This document shows positions 51,941-62,706 of a stretch of DNA of 64,000 nt, in pieces. Below the pieces are notes generated by a model. That model was not told the DNA's origin and did no database searches. It saw nothing but the letters and a program-made list of their open reading frames with translations. The translations under genes and the position numbers were made by a program. Numbering within the stretch: the stretch's first letter is position 1; the number at the start of each line of letters is the position of its first letter. Origin of the DNA: Zygnema circumcarinatum SAG 698-1b (taxonomy: Eukaryota; Plantae; Zygnematophyceae); the NCBI GenBank assembly GCA_037447605.1, contig CM074819.1, positions 1 through 64,000 of the forward strand, given 5' to 3'.

Positions 51941-51984
51941 GGAAAACCCCAACCCACCAGCAGCTTAGGGGTCGCTGCTGGTGG
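51941..51984 (+). promoter_or_regulatory. Putative -1 ribosomal frameshift signal (H)
   Basis: G GAA AAC, 6-nt spacer, perfect 11-bp stem CCACCAGCAGC / GCTGCTGGTGG. Confidence 0.75.
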
Positions 51985-54674
51985 ACATGCTAGGTTAGGG
52001 GAAGGGATGGAGACTGCTGCCAGGACTAGGGGACATTTGTTTCTTAGAACCTTGGACATTCTTCAATTGATTGGCAGACCTTTGGAAATGCACGATCTCT
52101 TTGTGTGTGATGCACTCCCTGTGTCCATTTCCCTCTCCCCTGCCACTGTAGTGACTCCTTCTGGGTTTATGGATATAGTGATGAATGGTGATTGGCATGT
52201 CTTTATCCTCAATGTCATGGGCGATGATGCTCTCATGCAATGTGCCATGGATGCTTTGCATGTCATGGGAAACACCTCCCATGTCCTTGGGCTGCATGTG
52301 CTGGTTCCTCAGCACATGGCAGTTCGCACCTTTCCCAACGCCTCTTGGCGGTTGGTAAAACAGTTGAGGAAAGGGCACAAGTTGGTGCAAACGATGGAAG
52401 GATCCCCCAGTTCACTGGTTGGATCCCCCTACACCTTGGTGTGGAGGACGGCTCGTCCTCAACCCTCGCATATCGTGCGATCCATGTTCCATCTTGCCCA
52501 TCGTGCCATGACCTTCATCGGGTCAGCCAATGGCCACCCAGCAGTCATACTGCTAGATACTGGGGCAGATGCTAACTTCGTTAGTTCGGCATTCACCCAA
52601 AGGTTGGAATTGACCACAGATCCCCATTCAGAAAGTGTTACTTTCGGGGATGGACGCCAGGGCCAGATCTCTGGCATCGTCACACTCAAGATCAAGCTCC
52701 AATCCTACTCTAGGGCAGTGAAGTGTCTCCTGACACAACTGGCCTCTGGTACGGATGTTATTTTAGGGAGTGCTTGGTTAACCATGGTCAAAGCCCAATT
52801 GGACTTTTCCATCCCACACTGTATTCTGCACAGTGGGGATAGGCGCATCACACTGCACCCTGGCAAACCCCCATCCACTGCGATCACGCCGGTTGATACT
52901 CCTTATCTCTGCTCGGCCATGCAATTGGCCAAAGCTGTTAAGGAGGGTTGCACCTTGTTCATGGTGCTTGTCATGGCAGCCACTGAGGATGTGCATGACG
53001 AAGATCAGGAATGGCAGATCACATCTACGGATGTGCTCTCGGCCGTTCCACCCAAACTCCAACCTCTGTTGGATGAGTTCAGGGATGTTTTCCCTGATGA
53101 CCTCCCAAGAGGGTTGCCACCGTCTCGAGGAGTCGGGCACACCATCCCTCTTGAGCCTGAGCAAAAGCCGCCTTGGCGGCCGATCTATCGGTTAAGCCCG
53201 AAAGAAACCGAGGAGATGCGAAAGCAGTTGGCAACGTTACGTGACAAGGGCTGGATAGAACCCAGTCAAAGCCCCTTAGGGGCGCCCATCTTGTTCGTTG
53301 GGAAGAAAGATGGCTCGTTGAGGATGTGCATTGATTATCGCGCACTCAACAAGATCACCGTAAAGAACCGTTTTGCTTTACCACGTATTGATGATCTGTT
53401 GGATCGTCTCCACGGCGCCAAAGTGTTTACATCACTTGACCTTGCTCAGGGGTACCATCAGATCCGCGTCACGGAAGTTGATGTGCCAAAGACTGCGTTC
53501 CGGACGCCGATTGGTCATTTCCAACATAAGGTGTTGCCCTTTGGATTGACTAATGCTCCGGCAACTTTCCAGGATGTAATGAACGAGATGTTCATCGGCA
53601 TGGACGAGTTTGTTTTGGTTTACCTCGATGACATCCTTGTCTTCAGTAAGACGGAGGAGGAGCATCTTGAACATGTTCGGAAAGTGTTTGAGGTACTGAG
53701 GAAACACCAATTTTATGCCAAGAGGAAGAAGTGTCACTTCATGCAACGTGAATTGCTATATCTTGGGCATATTCTCAATGATCAGGGCCTTCGGCCTGAT
53801 CCTGCCAAGGTTTCTGCGGTACAAACTTGGGCGCCACCGACTGACTTACATCAGTTGAGGTCATTCTTAGGATTTGCGAATTATTTTCGTAAGTTCATCC
53901 AAGGGTTTAGTAAGCTGGTTACTCCTTTGACCAATTTGACACGTTCCAGTGTCCCCTTTGTATGGACCCCTGAATGCCAGGAATCATTCGAGGGTGTCCG
54001 TTATGCCCTTGTTACCGCACCTACTCTCCGTTTAGCGGATCCGTCCAAGCCATATGAGGTGGTTTGTGACGCTTCGGGATTCGCCTTGGGTGCCGTCTTG
54101 TTCCAAGATGGTCAGCCTTTGGCTTATGAAAGTCGCAAAATGAATCCCGCTGAGCGCAACTATTCTGCAACAGAACAGGAACTGCTTGCAGTTGTCCACG
54201 CCCTGAGGACATGGCGGTGCTATTTAGAGGGGGCGAAAGCGGTCACGCTGGTCNNNNNNNNNNCGAACTTGACACTCAAAGCTTATGGCGGAACACGTAA
54301 GCTGTGGCCCCGCTTCATCGGACCCTTCAAGGTCGTGAAGCGCATCAATGAGGTCGCTTACCGGTTGGATTTACCAGCCCATATGAAGGTGCATCCGGTC
54401 TTTCATGTGGGATTGCTAAAGGCCTACCGCAGCGATGGGAGGATCCAGCCACCTCCCCCACCAGTGGAACTTGAAGGTGAACTTGAGTATGAAGTTGAAA
54501 CCATTCAAGCCCACCGTATTGTGAGAAAGGGTCGATCTTCCCGTCACGAATACCTCGTGAAATGGTTGGGCTATGGGGTTGAACATAGCACATGGGAAGC
54601 CGAGGGCAACCTAACCAATTGCCAAGAGCTCATCAACTTGTACTGGGAGGCGCAGGCCGCAGGAGAGCGGGCGA
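51941..54674 (+). CDS. pol: Chromovirus H Pol (-1 frame): extra N-terminal domain, PR, RT, RNase H, [gap], IN C-terminus, chromodomain
   Basis: Part of ORF 51722-54700: LLDTGA, YLDD, CDASG, EYLVKWLGY. Confidence 0.85.
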
Positions 54675-56487
54675 GCAGCTCTTGCTCGGTCGCCGAGTAG
54701 TTACTTTTCGCTCGGTTCATTTTGCGACTTTTGTAAGCTAGCGGTTGGCCATCCTGGAAGAGGACAGCGCCCAGCGCAAACCCCAAAGCATCACAAACCA
54801 CTTCATAGGGTTTGCTAGGATCTGCCAACACCAACGTAGGTGCGGTGATGAGGGCGTGCTTTACACCCTCAAAGGCCACCTGACACTCCACTGTCCAGGT
54901 GTAGCTGACTCCAGAACGCGTCAGCTCCGTAAGGGGAGTCACCAGCTTATTAAAGCCCTGAATAAATTTTCGAAAATAATTTGCAAAATTAAGGAAGGAC
55001 CGCAATTGATGCAAATCCTTAGGAACAGCCCAAGTATCAACGGCCGCAATTTTGGCCGGATCTGGCTTGAGGCCATCCTCCCCGAGAATGTGCCCAAGAT
55101 CGAGCAGTTCTCTCTGCATAAATTGACATTTCTTGCGTTTGGCATAAAATGTGTGTTTGCGTAAGACTGAAAAAACATTGCGGACGTGTAGTAAATGTTC
55201 CTTTTCTGTTTTACTAAAAACCAGAATGTCATCCAAGTAAACCAGGACGTATTCATCCATGCTGTTGAACATCTCGTTCATCACAGCCTGAAAAGTCGCA
55301 GGAGCATTTGTCAACCCAAAAGGAAGGACCTTGTATTGGAAATGTCCAATAGGCGTACGAAACGCCATCTTCGGTACATCAGCATCCGTAATGCGGATCT
55401 GATGGTATCCCTGGGCCAAATCCAGGGAAGTAAATATTCTCGCCCCATGCAGGCGATCCAACAGATCGTCAATACGGGGTAATGCATATCTGTTTTTTAT
55501 TGTAATTTTATTCAATGCACGATAGTCAATGCACATCCGCAAGGAACCATCTTTCTTTCCTATGAAGAGGATGGGTGCACCGAATGGGCTTTGACTAGGT
55601 TCAATCCAGCCCTTCTCCCGCAAGTTGGTTAACTGCTTGCGCATTTCCTCAGTCTCCTTGGGGCTCAATCGGTAGATCGGGCGCCAAGGTGGTTTCTGTT
55701 CAGGTTCCAGAGGGATGGTATGGCCCACGCCCCGCGCAAGGGGTAGTCCGATGGGCAGGTCCTTTGGGAAAATATCCTGAAATTCCTGAAGTAGGGGTTG
55801 CATCGCCGACGGAACTGGTGGTAGGGCGTCAGTCGACGTTGGTAACCAGTCCTGATTGCCATCATGAACGAACTCAATCTCGTCCACCAGGTGGACGAAG
55901 AACAGCATGCTGCCCGCCTTCACGGCCTTGGCCACTTGCATGGCGGAGCACAAGTGCGCCGCGTCTGGATGCAAGGGGCGCAGGCGCGTGGGAGTGCCGG
56001 GTAGTAGAGTGATCCTTCGCGTGCCGCTGCGAACCACGCAATGGGGTACAGCGAAGTCCATGGTGGCGTGGACAAAGGTGAGCCAAGGACTACCGAGAAT
56101 CAGGTCAATGCCAGGGGTGAGAGCGGTGATTAAGCACCGGATCTGCCCTGAAAATGACTGAATTCGTACCCGGGTGACCAAGGCACCAAGGATCTGTCCC
56201 TTCCGGCCGTCTCCAAAAGTGACGACATCTGAATGCGTGGAAGGGACAAGGTCAGTTTTAGCAACAAAGGCAGAGTTCAGGAAATTTTCGTTAGCCCCTG
56301 AGTCGAACAGAGTGACAACCGGTCTACCGGCCATGACCCCTGAGAAGGTCATGGCGCAGTGAGAGCGCTGAAACAAGGACCGAAGCACGATGGTCCCATG
56401 TAGCGAAACGCTATACATGTGTTGTATGGCCTAATACTTACATCCGCGGTTGCCTTTTAATGGTAAAGCACTGGTGTGGGTACCGGG

Positions 56488-59175
56488 TGTTGTTGCAGCG
56501 CCCTCCCTTGGTGGGGCTGCCACTTCTCCTTTACCTTGGGTAGAACTCGACATCTTCAATGAATTGCTCAATCACACAAAGCACACTAAATGCAAGAGAA
56601 CAACTCAGCGGAAATATGAAAATGTAAGGAGAAAGCCACCAGCCTAAAACTCCTTAAGATAAAGATGAAATACAACTTGACAACACTAGAGCCAAGCTTC
56701 AAGCACCTCTACTCAAGCTACGTGAATAAACCACCCACACAAGCTGAACTCTTTTCCCACTTTATCTTCTTGGCCTAAAGCAAGACCTCACTCCCCAATG
56801 TAGTCCGCGAGAAGGTTAACTTCTACCATACAATCTAACCCTTAAATACAATATGGCGCCAATAGTGACATTGTCACGTCATTGCCGCACATGCTACGAC
56901 TTGCAAGACCCTTATCCCGATCCTAATCTCGCGCCGTCGGATCCTCCTCCAGCTTGCGGATCCGGCACATCAATCTTGGTCAGTCCGCCTCGGCCTTATC
57001 TCCATCCGGAGTCCTCCACCGTAGGATCTGACTCCTCATTACTTGGCGTCATGTGGGACCCGTAAGCCTCTGACGCACCGACCTAGGCCGTACAGGCCTG
57101 CCTTTATCCGACACGTATTGGCGCCTTCGATTCGCCCACTTTGTCCTCCAAATGAGACATTGCTGACTCCGTACCTTGTCAATTCTGCTCCGCGCGCTGA
57201 TTCGCGCCGCGTCACTTCTCGATTTGTCGCGTCGCGCCACGTCACATCTGACTCCGCCACGCCGCGCCGCGCCACCGACCAATGTCCGTACATTCGAGGT
57301 CCTGGCCTTACAAATCGTACCACTGATTGGCTCCACCGACATTCTGATGCCTTGCCTTGCCAAATCAGACTCGCGTGCTATACGCACACCCTTAAAGACG
57401 TACGGTCGCCTGGAGCCTCCCGTACAGAAATGTGGACACTTTTTAGGCACACCCCTCCCGCCCAGAACTTGAGTACCCAACAAGCTTGAGGTGCACAACA
57501 AGTCCTTAACTACTTTACACTAACAATCCCCCTCTTGGTACTTAGTTCTCCATGGGTCCTAGTTCCATGAGACCACTACTATTCTCTAGTGTCCCACAAC
57601 CAAATGAATGCTCCCTTGTCCTAACAAGCTGCCCACCTCTTTATCCAAAGGCCTAGGAGAGAATCTTCCCCCTCTTGATCTCCTCTTGGTTGCCTTTCAC
57701 ATTCGATCCTGGGCGCTTCCACTGAACTCCTCATAGGTCCAGCAACCGGGTATTCCTTTGTAGTTGCAACCTTGTACTCGGGCTGCTCCACTACCCTGGG
57801 TTGAAAGGACCCCTCCACTTCAACTCCATCCTTGTTTGGATGCAACAAGCCCGTGTTTCCGGCCTCCCTGGAGCTCACTAACTCTGAGTGATCCTGGAAT
57901 TCGCACACATTCTCACCACCACTAATGTCCACCCTTTCGGTGATGGGTCTTTTGACCCCCTTAGCCTGGCTATCTGAAATGTCATTGGCGAAATAATCCC
58001 CTGCTCCCCTGAGCCTCAATGCTTGCTCTAGCATCCCCTTTCCTCCTCCAAGCTGGTCTGGATCTATCTTATGGTGAATGGGTTCCTCCACAGGGTCCTT
58101 GGCGGGATAGCTCAGCCCTTGAGCCTCCTTCCACTCTAGAAAGTAAAGCCCACCTTGCTGGATTCCCTTGCACAAGACTTGCCCTGTCTCCTTGTGAATG
58201 ACCTCACAACTACCCTTCTCAAACCATACTCCATAGTCCTTCTCACACAGCTGACTAACAGAGAGGAAATTAATCTATAGTCCGGGAGTATGCAGTACGT
58301 TACCAACATGGACAACCCTCTGCGTGCTTCCCTCCCCGAGCACCTTCAACTTGACTGTTCCGCCTTGCGTCACCGAGACTCCATCTCCAGTTGCTGAGTA
58401 GACCGAGCGGGTTCCCTCCAAAGTCTCCTTCTCTGCAAAGAGTGAGTCGTCCACGCACATGTGCCTTGAAGCACCGGAATCAATCACCCAAGGTTTAGCT
58501 GAATTTTTAACTCTAACACATCCGACAAACTCATCATTAGGTTCCCAATCCGAGAACATCAAGTTCGTCTCGTGAATCCTCTTGCGTTCATCTCTGGGAT
58601 ACCTGCCATCACCCCTCCTCCCTTCTTGCTCGTTTAGAGCATCTGCATTCGAGGATGAACCGCCATTCTGAACGTTGGGGCAGTTCCTCTTGAAGTGACC
58701 GGTCTTCCCACAAGAGTAGCAAGTCCTCTGAGTCTTCAGCTCTCCACCATCTTTGGCTGCGTTTGGTCCCTTGCCGTTCCTGTATGGGCGAGCAGTTGCA
58801 GCATACAGCTTCTCCGAACTTGACCTGTACTGCTTCTTGTCTTGAAGACCATCCTCCTCTACCACTCTCCTCTTGACCTGCTCAAAGGTCATCTTAGTCG
58901 TGGAAAGCTGAGTTCGTAGAGCAGTGCAAGCAGGGTCAAATCTATCCGGCAAGCCTCCAAGGAATAGACTAATCTTGTGATCCAAGTGAAGGGGCTGCTT
59001 CATCCCATCAAACTTTTGCATCAGATTATCAAACTTGATCACATAGTCTTTCAGCTCCTCCCCTGAATCCAAACTGAGTTTTCCAAGCTCCGTGTAGAGA
59101 TAAACTACAGTGGCATTATCTACCACATCATAAATCTTCTCTAGAGTATCCCACATCTCCCGAGCTGTCTTTAAC
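56488..59175 (-). mobile_element. Copia-derived gag-protease-only element (TR-GAG-like), family B; 3' LTR 56488-57525, 5' part lost in gap
   Basis: Gag with CYSCGKTGHFKRNC; PR WVIDSGAS; novel tail to the stop at 57621; PPT (rc AAGAGGGGGAT) at 57526; no IN or RT. Confidence 0.85.
57621..59175 (-). pseudogene. Gag-protease-novel tail ORF with one premature TAG (58275-58277)
   Basis: ORFs 58275-59156 and 57621-58175 are in the same frame; the second copy (63213-63980) has CAG at this codon. Confidence 0.8.
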
Positions 59176-59462
59176 NNNNNNNNNNAGACTTTCAGAGCAG
59201 CCTGCCGGGGGGGCAGGTTGTTACATTGGTATCAGAGCCAGTGCCCGGTATTTGTAATCCACCCTAAAAACACCGTGATCTCTGAGCATGGTACGGAACC
59301 CGTTCCTTAGTGGCCTGAGGGGCTAAGGCCGTAGTCCATGTGTTGAAGGAGCTTGAACGCTGCTCGTGAAAACCCTTGAGTGCGCTCGAGGACGAGCCCG
59401 GTTTAGGTGGGGAGGAATGTAGCGAAACGCTATACATGTGTTGTATGGCCTAGTACTTACAT

Positions 59463-59538
59463 TCGCGGTTGCCTTTTAATGGTAAAGCACTGGTGTGGGT
59501 ACCGGGAGGTCCTGTGTTCAAACCCTGCTGAGGTCGGG
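59463..59538 (+). promoter_or_regulatory. tRNA-like cassette in TRIM LTR
   Basis: D-arm TGCCTTT-TAATGGT-AAAGCA; anticodon-like stem CTGGT/ACCGG; variable GAGGTC; B-box GTTCAAACC (GTTCGAACC in the solo copy). Confidence 0.7.
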
Positions 59539-61114
59539 TTTGTTACATCCCAACGGGTTTCGACGTGCGCCAAACCACGGAAAATGGTAGTGTGCACGGG
59601 GTACAACGTCAGGTAGCGTCCCAGCGCACCATAGGGTGCCCCTTCGCCAGCTTCCAGCTGGTATGGCCGAAAGTAGTGATAGGAACGTGTTGGGGCAACA
59701 AGACGTGCAAAGAGCTGTTGATGGACGAGGCGCGATGCAATTGTAAGGCCACCAACAGGCTTTCGATGAGGTGTGCAGCCTCCGTAGGGTTCAAAATCCA
59801 AACGGCAGCAAATTCATGCATCTGGACATTGTAAAGACCAAAAGAAGTCAATCGAGACGAATGGGAGAACAAAGAGTCCTTTAAATACTCAGGACATTCA
59901 AGTACAAAAATATCCGACTCAAGGGGCTGCTTGCCCATGATATTAAGCAAGTCACTAGTGAAGGGTACAACGGATTCCCTACGCCTAGCAGCAACAGCAA
60001 CAGCCCCACCCTCCCCCATTTTATCCTCCCCTTCTGCAGCGACTTCTATACTGAAGAAGGAGGGTCGTTTTCCGGGCCTGGCCCCTTGGGTCCCTTCTGG
60101 CCCAGCGGGCAGTCCCGAGCCAAGTGCCCCGCCTGCCGACAACGATAGCAGTGGCCCTCCTTCTTAAGCTTCTCCGTCTCTTGCAACGTAAGCTTGGCCA
60201 CCTTCACAGAGGGAGGAGGGGCCGGGGGATCCCCTTGGCGCTTCTGCCCCTTCCCACCCCCTCGTGGGGCACGGAAAGGTGGAGGTTCACGTCGCGGTGC
60301 CCTTGACCCCCCCGACGGCGGGGACTAAGTCCCGCACCAAGGGTCAACCGCGACGGCCTGTGCGTCCGCGTTGACCGCGGCCGCATAGAAGAGATCTGCA
60401 TCAGCCGCCACCCATGGTTTAGAGGTGGCCGGATTCAACAGCAGTTGGTTAGAAATGTGGGGCTTGTGACCCATTGAAAACTTCCAAAACTGCTCGATCT
60501 CCGAAGGGGTGTCCCGGGTGATAGTGGAGACCGTATCTCTGCAGTCACACAGAAACTGTAGGACGCTGCCGATCTGTGTCAACGTGGCGTACTTTCGCCA
60601 ACCCTCCAGACTAGGGTCCAGCACCCCGAAATGCTTGTTCATTTCGGATTGGAAACAATCCCAGTCGCCACCGATGGTAGTCTGCAAGTTCGTAAAAACC
60701 CGGAATGCTTGGCCACGGAGTGACGGGTTCGCGTAATTGACCCACTTGGCAGGCGGGCAGCGGGTAGCATACAGATACCCCTCTGTCTGCTCCACCCACT
60801 GCTCGAACGGATAGTCGGTCGCCGGGCGCTCCCCCCATAGTGAAATGGGAGGAACCTTGGCACGATTCCGCAACCCCCAATCTGGAGGGGGGCTGGCGGC
60901 CAGCGGACCCGGAACAACCAACGCCACCCCCCCAGGGGGTGGCGTACCAGGGAGGACCACCCCGCCGTGGATCTGACTACCACCGACCCCCGGGGCCGGT
61001 GGTACCATGCCTAGGACCTCCGATAACGGGGCAAGCGGGGGAGGCGGAGGAGGGGCCGCCGGCAGCGACATCGCTGAATCGGTAGCCCCAACAGGAGCCC
61101 GAGGAGAGGGTACG

Positions 61115-61244
61115 TGTAACAAACCCGCCCCTGGCAGGGTTCGAACACAGGACCTCCCGGTACCCACCTAAGTGCTTTACCATTAAAAGGCAACCGCGGA
61201 TGTAAGTACTAGGCCGTACAACACATGTATAGCGTTTCGCTACA
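61115..61244 (-). mobile_element. Solo LTR (130 bp) of the tRNA-like TRIM, inserted in chromovirus J gag
   Basis: Perfect TSD GTACG (61110-61114 / 61245-61249); aligns end to end with 59418-59547. Confidence 0.93.
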
Positions 61245-61562
61245 GTACGGGCTCGCTCTGGGTCCTGTGCGGCTCACCTCTGGTCTCCCGATGCCCCACG
61301 CGGACTTCGGCGAAGTCCCGACGGTAGTCGTCGCGAAAGTTCTCGAGCATCCTCCGAACGTCGTCATTAGCACGACGCTGGTGGAGTTCCTGGGACATGA
61401 GTTGGTGTTCCATACGCTCCGCCCCTTGGTCATGGGCAGCGACCCGAAGGACCAGATCCCACNNNNNNNNNNNNNNNNNNNNNNNNNNNNNNNNNNNNNN
61501 NNNNNNNNNNNNNNNNNNNNNNNNNNNNNNNNNNNNNNNNNNNNNNNNNNNNNNNNNNNNNN

Positions 61563-62706
61563 GGTCTACCCGTAGCGATGGGAGGATCAACCACTCCCCA
61601 CGGTGGGGCTTGAAGGTGAACTTGAGTATGAGGTTGAAACCATTCAAGCCCACCGTCTTGTGAGAAAGGGTCGATCTTCCCGTCACGAATACCTCGTGAA
61701 GTGGTTGGGCTATGGGGTTGAACATAGCACATGGGAAGCCGAGGGCAACTTAACCAATTGCCAGGAGCTCATCAACTTGTACTGGGAGGCGCAGGCCGCA
61801 GGAGAGCGGGCGAGGGCGGCACGGGGGGTTCCCGGGCCGTCCCCGCGCAACTCGGAAAGGACTTGACGGGTTATCGGCGAAACCCTCGGTTATCGCAATA
61901 GGATTCGGCCAGCGTGCGTTGAAACTACGGTGCCTTTACTACCCACACGTGAGCGAAGTTGCATTCTCCGGGGAAGTAATGTAGCGAAACCTTCTGATCA
62001 CCCAGGGAAGAGGGTTACTTAGGCCAGCGTGGCTTTATGTTTCCATCCAATGCAGTACCTAACGGTTAGAGCATCGGATACCCTATAGGACGACGGAGGT
62101 CCTAGGTTCGAACCTCAAGAACTGGTTCACTAGTGGGGCCGCCACATAATCTCTATGGGCCCCGCATTCGTGACCAAAAGGCCCCCTCACTACGGCGTAG
62201 AGGAGGATCATGAACTAACGGCACCCGCAGGACCAATCCGGTCCAGCGATTGGACTCGGGCGCGGCCGGTCCCCCAGAGCGTAACCGTCGTCGCGTACAA
62301 TCACGGGTTACGTTGAGTAGACGGGGCTGGCAAACCAGGACCCAGCGCGCTATGAGATCGACCGTGCACCGGCGATGCGGCGCGTTGCGGCGGCGCGCTT
62401 GAAGGCGGCGCGAGCATTCGTACGTTGAACACCGATATGCGGTCGAGAGAGGACACGTGGCGATTTGCATTGGGCGACCCTGCTTCCAATCCTCCATGCT
62501 GGTAGGAGGTTCAACGGGGGGAGCGTAAAGGGGCGTGGGTGACTGTCGTCACCCAACCAACATACCGGCATACGGTTGCACGCCCGTCCCGGGCTGCTCC
62601 CCACTCTGGAGCTCTCTCTCTCTCTCTCTCTCTCTCTGAACTCCGTGAGTGCTGGTGTGTAATTCAGCGTGAGAATTTGAAGGGACGCTAGATTCCGGTC
62701 GTTACA
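61563..62706 (+). mobile_element. 3' end of an H-type chromovirus: chromodomain (to 61866), PPT, LTR family F (61980-62706)
   Basis: Chromodomain nearly identical to 54470-54674; GGGGAAGTAA|TGTAGCGAAAC at 61970-61990; LTR ends GTTACA. Confidence 0.82.
62047..62125 (+). promoter_or_regulatory. tRNA-derived cassette in LTR F
   Basis: GTACCTAACGGTTAGAGCA (A-box/D-arm-like); GGAGGTCCTAGGTTCGAACC (B-box at 62105-62114). Confidence 0.7.

Larger units (their letters stand above)
43568..54674 (+). mobile_element. Chromovirus H (host of G); LTRs not visible
   Basis: gag 43576-44811 + 51663-51968 (premature TAG at 44422; CFRCRKEGHKARDC knuckle); pol follows; most of IN lies in the N gap at 54254. Confidence 0.88.
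56399..59547 (+). mobile_element. TRIM with tRNA-like 130-bp LTRs (5' LTR from 56399, interrupted at 56487; internal 59226-59417; 3' LTR 59418-59547)
   Basis: Perfect TSD TCCCA (56394-56398 / 59548-59552); PBS TTGGTATCAGAGCC at 59226; PPT AGGTGGGGAGGAA before 59418; TG...CA termini. Confidence 0.85.
54669..61462 (-). mobile_element. Chromovirus J copy 2 (gag ~60048-61462, extra domain 59548-60010, PR-RT-RNase H 54669-56398), interrupted twice
   Basis: ORFs 54571-56418, 59609-60142 and 60325-61167; reading VWRTSKPVG|TIVLRSLFQ rejoins across the TRIM. Confidence 0.88.

Noticed and set aside
59463-59538. Functional tRNA gene (also 29323, 61124, 62047)
   Set aside because: Acceptor and T stems pair poorly, the anticodon loop is not 7 nt, and all copies lie inside LTRs. 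Treated as tRNA-derived cassettes.
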